From sequence record DRR723986_7888: DNA of 42,472 bases. One strand, given 5' to 3'. Below are positions 37,649-42,472 of this stretch, in pieces; the stretch's first letter is position 1; each line of letters starts with the position of its first letter. A program made the position numbers and the translations under genes. Under the pieces are notes generated by a model. It was not told where the DNA came from. It saw only the letters and a list, made by a program, of their open reading frames with translations, and did no database searches.

Positions 37649-39056
37649 CGCGCTGTTGCTCCATGTACTGCTGCATAAAAGTGCCCGCCTGGGGTGCCGG
37701 GAAGTCCCGCTCAGCGGTCCAGCCTGCCGCCATGGGCAGGCTCCCGAAAGCGCCTTTTTTCCGGCCGAGGCGGTGCAATAGCGGTATTGCCAGTCCGGTA
37801 ATGAAGCGATAGAGCCGCGGTTGGCGCAGCAGCCAGGCGTGGACTTTCAGGCCACGGCGCCAGCGCTTTGGCGAGAGTCCGGCGCGGGCTTCCTCGTGGC
37901 GCAGATCGCGCAGCAGGTCGGGTAGGGGAATATTAGCGGGACAGACCTCCGCACAGCGCCCACAGCTGGTGCAGGCGTTGGGCAGCACGTGGCTCTCCTC
38001 CAGTGAGGTGAGTAGCGGGGTCAGTACCGAGCCCATGGGTCCGGGATAGACCGAGCCATAGGCGTGCCCACCGGCTCCGATGTACACCGGGCAATGGGTG
38101 AGACAGGTACCGCAGCGGATGCACTGCAGCATGTCGCGGTAATCGCTGGCCAGGATGTCGCTGCGATGATTGTCCAGCAGGACGATATGCGTCTCCAGCG
38201 GGCCATCCGGCTCCTCCGCTCGTCGCGGACCCGAGTAATAGCTGGTATAGCAGGAGATGGGCTGGCCGGTGGTGGACCGAACGAGCAGGCGCAGCAGGGC
38301 GTTGGCGTCTTCCGCACGCGGCAACACCCGGTCCACGCTGGTGCAGATGATCAGCACCGGCGGCAGGCTGGCGCAGAGGTCACCATTGCCCTCATTGGTC
38401 ACTAACAGGCTGTAGCCGTTTTCCGCGATCAGGGCATTTGAGCCAATGATGCCAACGTCGGCATTCAGGAAGTGGTCGCGCAATACCTGGCGCGCCTCAC
38501 CGACCATCGCCGGCGGGTCAGCCAGTTCCCGGTCGCCAAGGTCGTGCTTGGCCAGGAATAGCTCGCGAATCTCATCCGGCGACTTGTGCAGGGCGGGGCC
38601 GACGATATGGGAGGGCTTCTCGCCCGCCTGTTGCACGATGTACTCCCCGAGGTCGGTCTCAATGACCTGCAAGCCGGCCTTTTGCAGGTGACTGTTGAGC
38701 TCGGTCTCCTCGGTGATCATCGACTTGCCCTTGGCGATACGCTGGGCGTCGTGCTGGCGGATGATGCCGAGCACAATCTCATTCATCTCATCGCCATCGC
38801 GGGCGAAATGGAGCTGGTTGCCGTTGTTTTCGGCTTCTTCTTCGAAGCGCGCCAGGTAGTGGTCCAGGTGGTCCAGTGCATGCTGGCGTACCTTTGCCAG
38901 ATGATCCCGCAATCCCTGGAAATCACCGAAGCCATCGACCGCCGAATTCCGCTTGCCGGGCACAAAGGCGCCGAGCAGGTCCCGGGTCAGTACCTGCGCC
39001 GGTTTTTCCAGCGCCTCGCGGGCGTGTTCGGGAAATGCATTACTGTCGATCTGCAT
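37641..39056 (-). CDS. lutB: Lactate utilization Fe-S protein B (LutB/YkgF/LldF)
   Basis: KGKSM..EE, ETDLGEYIVQ, PSHIVGPALH, VTNEGN, two CxxCxxCxxxCP ferredoxin motifs, YPGPMG. Confidence 0.92.
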   Translation of the reverse strand: MQIDSNAFPEHAREALEKPAQVLTRDLLGAFVPGKRNSAVDGFGDFQGLRDHLAKVRQHALDHLDHYLARFEEEAENNGNQLHFARDGDEMNEIVLGIIRQHDAQRIAKGKSMITEETELNSHLQKAGLQVIETDLGEYIVQQAGEKPSHIVGPALHKSPDEIRELFLAKHDLGDRELADPPAMVGEARQVLRDHFLNADVGIIGSNALIAENGYSLLVTNEGNGDLCASLPPVLIICTSVDRVLPRAEDANALLRLLVRSTTGQPISCYTSYYSGPRRAEEPDGPLETHIVLLDNHRSDILASDYRDMLQCIRCGTCLTHCPVYIGAGGHAYGSVYPGPMGSVLTPLLTSLEESHVLPNACTSCGRCAEVCPANIPLPDLLRDLRHEEARAGLSPKRWRRGLKVHAWLLRQPRLYRFITGLAIPLLHRLGRKKGAFGSLPMAAGWTAERDFPAPQAGTFMQQYMEQQRDE

Positions 39057-39059
39057 CGA

Positions 39060-39854
39060 TCAGCTGTCCTCGGCCTGGCCGATGGCGGGCGTCGCGAGAT
39101 CGCCTGCCAGCAATTCGGCAACGTGTCGGACCTCGATATCCCGGCCCTCGCGCCGTGCCCGACCGGCCAGGTTGAGCAGGCAACCCAGGTCGCCGCCGGT
39201 GAGTATGTCGGCGCCGGTGCGCTCAGCATTGGCCAGTTTGTCGGAGGCCATCTTGGCCGACAGCTCCGGCATTTTGGCGCAGAAGGTGCCGCCAAACCCG
39301 CAGCAGACGTCGGTGCCTTCCATCTCGGTAACGGTGACCCCGGCCAGCGATGCGAGCAGGTCGCGCGGCTGCTGGCGTATACCCAGTTCCCGCAGACCGG
39401 CGCAGCTGTCGTGGTAGGTGACCTTGCTGGCCGATGTCCTGGCCTGGGCAGGGCTTATGCCCGCCACGTCATTCAGGAAGCTGGTCAATTCGTAGGTTTT
39501 GGCGGCCAGGTCCAGGGCTCGCTGGCGCCATTGCCCTTCAAGCAGGCCGGGGTAGTGATGACTGATCATGCCTGCACAGGAGCCCGATGGCAGTACCACG
39601 TATTCCCAGGGCTCCAGCATCTGGATGACCTGCTTTGCCAGGGGGACTGTGGACTCGTAATCGCCGGTATTGTAAGCCGGCTGGCCGCAGCAGGTTTGTG
39701 CCGGCGGCACATGCACCGCACAGCCGGCCTCTTCCAGTAACTTGATGCTCGCAAAGACGACCGACGGACGGAACAGGTCTGCCAGGCAGGTTGCGAACAG
39801 GGCAACCTCGAATCTCGGTCGGCTCGCCTTGCCTGATGTTCCACTGTTTGCCAT
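39060..39854 (-). CDS. lutA: Lactate utilization protein A (CCG-domain Fe-S; LutA/YkgE/LldE)
   Basis: ALFATCLAD, QTCCGQP, PSGSC, TYHDSC..LRELG, CCGFGGTF, DLGCLLNL. Confidence 0.9.
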   Translation of the reverse strand: MANSGTSGKASRPRFEVALFATCLADLFRPSVVFASIKLLEEAGCAVHVPPAQTCCGQPAYNTGDYESTVPLAKQVIQMLEPWEYVVLPSGSCAGMISHHYPGLLEGQWRQRALDLAAKTYELTSFLNDVAGISPAQARTSASKVTYHDSCAGLRELGIRQQPRDLLASLAGVTVTEMEGTDVCCGFGGTFCAKMPELSAKMASDKLANAERTGADILTGGDLGCLLNLAGRARREGRDIEVRHVAELLAGDLATPAIGQAEDS

Positions 39855-39949
39855 TCAACCCGCCTGTAAGCTGGTCGCCGCGGACCGGGCGCGACGAAGT
39901 GAATGCAGTATAACGAATGCCTTGGGCCAGTCCTATGCCGGGTGAGCGC

Positions 39950-42472
39950 TTACAGCAGGAGCAGCGCAAGACCGCTGGCGACGCCGGCGGCGGTGAGCAG
40001 CAAGCCCTGCGCCAGCGGGTGTTGTGCCTGCAGCAGGGCCACCCAGATTACCTTGCGCTCCACCTTGATACCCGCTTGCGCCAGGCGCTGGATACGAGCC
40101 GACTGACCAGGGTCAAAGACCGGCAGCAGTGCCGAACCGAGGTACAGCACCACGTCATCTATGAGCAGGAACGGGCCGCGGTAACGCAGACGCGGACCGC
40201 CGCCGATGTGGTAGTGCTGCAGATGGTCCACCAGCACAAAATTGTCCGTGCTGATGCCAAGATGGCCCGGCGGCGTTTGGTAGAGCAGGTAAATCAGCAG
40301 GGCGGGCCCGGACAGGATCAACAGCGCGCCGGCCAGCGTGGTGGGGCTGGCTACCAGGCCCACCAGGGTCAGCACAACGCCGGCACAAGCCAGGCCATAG
40401 AGTAATCCGAGCTGGCGGAAGCGCTGCCCTCGGTTGCTCGCCAGTGGCAGCCAGTCGATGGTGTCGGCCAGGGCATCGATAGGTTCGGCGCCGCTCGGCT
40501 TTGCCTGGCGATAGACCAGCGCCCGCAAATGATGAAGATGAGCAAACAGGACAGCCAGCAAACACAGCAGGCCGCTGGCAGCCAGCGCGACCCGGTACAG
40601 CAGCGTGTCGCGTTGCTGTCCTTGTTCCCGGCGCTCGATTTCTTCACTCAGCAGTGCGGAGCGCAGGGGCACTTCGCTGGTCCCCGTAGCGGAGAAACGC
40701 GCCAGTTCCGGTTTTAGCGGATCGAGGGCGAGGACGCGCGTGCCCCAGGGCTGCAGCTGTGTCGGGGTAAAACCAACCGCCAGCGCTGGCGCGTCGAGGA
40801 AATTCCATTGACTGTCGAAGCGGTAGATAGCGGCGCCCGGGCCCTCGGGGTCGCTCAGGATGACCCACCACTGGCCATTGATACGGCAAAAATCGCGCAC
40901 CTCGCTGTGCCGGGCGCTGACTGCTGCTGGCGGCAGCAGGAGAATTTCATCCAGCTGCTTGCCGAAGCCCGCCGTGTCCGGGCGAAAGACGCTGATTGCG
41001 GGGCCGAAGCTGCTCGACATGAATAGCAGTCCGTCCTGCAGTTGCAGCACGGGTCTTGCAGGGGGCGTAACGGCGGCGGAGGCGAGCAGGGTATTGCTCT
41101 GGTCGTACTTCTCCAGGCCGCGAGTAGAGACCAGGTAGCGCTCGCCGGTGCGTTCGTGTATCGCCAGGGCCCGGGCGCTGAACCCGCTGGAAATTTCACG
41201 CCAGGGCTCGCACTGCGCCGGTTCCAACTGGCAGCGGCTGATGCTGAAGCGGGTGTCCTCGGGTGTATCCCCATGCTGACCCGCGGACAGCAGCAGGCCG
41301 GTCGATTCCTGCCATTGCATCTGCGTCACGGGGTGGGCCACGCCCAGTTCCGCAGCCGTGTGCTTGCCCGTGCCTACCCCGGCCCTGTCGTGAACATACA
41401 AGGTGTCATCAACCCAGAGTAGCAGGATGCCGCCGGGACCGGTAGCCATGGCCTCCGGTCCGTCGAGGCTGACGGGCTGTACTCGGGTGATATAGCTGCT
41501 GCCCAATACCGCGAAACCGATAGCGAGCAGTACAGCCGCAGCTCCAGCAAGCCGGGAGCGTCCCCGGGAGTGCTGGGCACGCTGGCGAATATCCGGCGTC
41601 ACCCGGAAAGGGTAGAGCGCGAATAGGTTGGGCGCGCCGGGTAGCCGGCGCGATGCCGGGGGCGTGCTGCTGCTCTGGTCGCGACGCGGTAGCTCGAGCT
41701 TGCTGCGGACGCCAGCCTTTGTTGCCCTGATGCTCGGGTCGCGTGCCAACCGGGTCGCGGCGCTGGTCACCGCCTTTTCCTCAAGCGCCTGCCTGGTTGC
41801 CAGGGCTTCCTGTTCACGCGCTTCCGCTGCAGCCTTTTCCTTCGCCAGTTGATGCTGTTTGGCGGCCCGCTCCTGGTCTGCCCGTTCACGGGCCAGGCGT
41901 TTTTCCCGTGCCTCTTCCGCCCGCCGACGATCTTCCTCCAGCTTGCGGGCACGCAGTGTTTCTTCCTTCTCCTGGCGTCGGCGCAGTTCCTCTTCCTGCC
42001 GGCGCTGAGCCTCCTGGGCCCGCTTTTGCTCCTGTTCAGCCCGGAGTCGGGCGGCTTCTTCTGCCCGCCGATGTTCTTCCTCTGCCCTGGCATGGGCAGC
42101 CTGGGCCGCTGCGAGCAGTCGCTGTTCTTCTTCCCGCGCCTTGCGCTCGGCGGCTTCTGCTTCGGCCTGCTGGCGGGCGGCCTCGCGCCGGGCTTTTTCG
42201 GCTGCCGCTTCGGCCAGCGCCTTGCGCTTTTGTTCTGCCTTCAGCGCCTTTTGTCGCGCCTGCTCCTCGGCGGCAGCGCGCCGGGCAGCTTCCCGAGCGG
42301 CCTTGCGTTCCGCCGCTTCTTTGCGCGCCGCCTCACGCGCCGCCGCTTTTTCTGCTCGCCGCTTCTCCGCTTGCGCCTGGCGTTCGGCCCTGGCGCGCGC
42401 GGCAGCTTCCTCCCGCAGGCGTTTCTCCTCGGCCTTGCGGCGGGCGGCTTCCTCGGCTTCGCGGCGCTTGCG
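39950..42472 (-). CDS. Large membrane protein, 5' end outside window: long E/R/K/A-rich helical region, TM, beta-propeller-like extracytoplasmic domain, several TMs
   Basis: Hand translation shows the frame of ORF 39950..41770 stays open to the window edge (234 more codons, RKRREAEEAARRKAEEKRLREEAAA...); later hydrophobic segments and repeated beta-blade-like motifs. Confidence 0.75.
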   Translation of the reverse strand, partial: RKRREAEEAARRKAEEKRLREEAAARARAERQAQAEKRRAEKAAAREAARKEAAERKAAREAARRAAAEEQARQKALKAEQKRKALAEAAAEKARREAARQQAEAEAAERKAREEEQRLLAAAQAAHARAEEEHRRAEEAARLRAEQEQKRAQEAQRRQEEELRRRQEKEETLRARKLEEDRRRAEEAREKRLARERADQERAAKQHQLAKEKAAAEAREQEALATRQALEEKAVTSAATRLARDPSIRATKAGVRSKLELPRRDQSSSTPPASRRLPGAPNLFALYPFRVTPDIRQRAQHSRGRSRLAGAAAVLLAIGFAVLGSSYITRVQPVSLDGPEAMATGPGGILLLWVDDTLYVHDRAGVGTGKHTAAELGVAHPVTQMQWQESTGLLLSAGQHGDTPEDTRFSISRCQLEPAQCEPWREISSGFSARALAIHERTGERYLVSTRGLEKYDQSNTLLASAAVTPPARPVLQLQDGLLFMSSSFGPAISVFRPDTAGFGKQLDEILLLPPAAVSARHSEVRDFCRINGQWWVILSDPEGPGAAIYRFDSQWNFLDAPALAVGFTPTQLQPWGTRVLALDPLKPELARFSATGTSEVPLRSALLSEEIERREQGQQRDTLLYRVALAASGLLCLLAVLFAHLHHLRALVYRQAKPSGAEPIDALADTIDWLPLASNRGQRFRQLGLLYGLACAGVVLTLVGLVASPTTLAGALLILSGPALLIYLLYQTPPGHLGISTDNFVLVDHLQHYHIGGGPRLRYRGPFLLIDDVVLYLGSALLPVFDPGQSARIQRLAQAGIKVERKVIWVALLQAQHPLAQGLLLTAAGVASGLALLLL
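41771..42472 (-). repeat. Low-complexity coding repeat (EAARR/KAEE-type charged helix)
   Basis: Imperfect repeats of GCC/GAG/GAA/CGC/AAG codons encoding mostly A, E, R, K, Q with no Pro or Gly. Confidence 0.7.

Noticed and set aside
41771-42472. tolA, or a non-coding tandem repeat / CRISPR array
   Set aside because: It is in frame with the downstream multi-TM protein and precedes its first TM; repeats are codon-level and imperfect with no repeat-spacer periodicity

Overview
A 42.5-kb, gene-dense, mostly high-GC bacterial chromosomal window. The gene repertoire suggests a marine gammaproteobacterium, possibly Halieaceae/OM60-NOR5 (inference). About 39 CDSs and one degraded response-regulator remnant are supported. 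I see no rRNA, tRNA, CRISPR array, integrase or transposase. Left part: a Stf0-type sulfotransferase, RIO1-like kinase, RidA, saccharopine-dehydrogenase-like oxidoreductase, BASS symporter, a DUF4124 protein and an orphan membrane-anchored TAXI-like binding protein. At about 7.1-17.4 kb is a partly lower-GC glycoconjugate-tailoring cluster: 2 PhyH-type dioxygenases, 3 more sulfotransferase-like proteins, a GT2-methyltransferase fusion, a glycoside-hydrolase-like TIM-barrel protein and an AT3-SGNH O-acyltransferase. Middle: lipid/xenobiotic enzymes (BVMO, P450, SDR, acyl-CoA synthetase, thioesterase), twin BamE-like lipoproteins, an active+inactive amidohydrolase pair and folE. Right: an operon of a catalytically dead GAPDH paralogue translationally coupled to a canonical gap and followed by ppc, then lutABC. 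A large membrane protein with a >230-aa charged helical N-terminus runs off the right edge. The most notable items are the pseudo-GAPDH/GAPDH/PEPC operon and the sulfation/acetylation/methylation/hydroxylation cluster. All family assignments come from recognising motifs by eye; no database searches were run.
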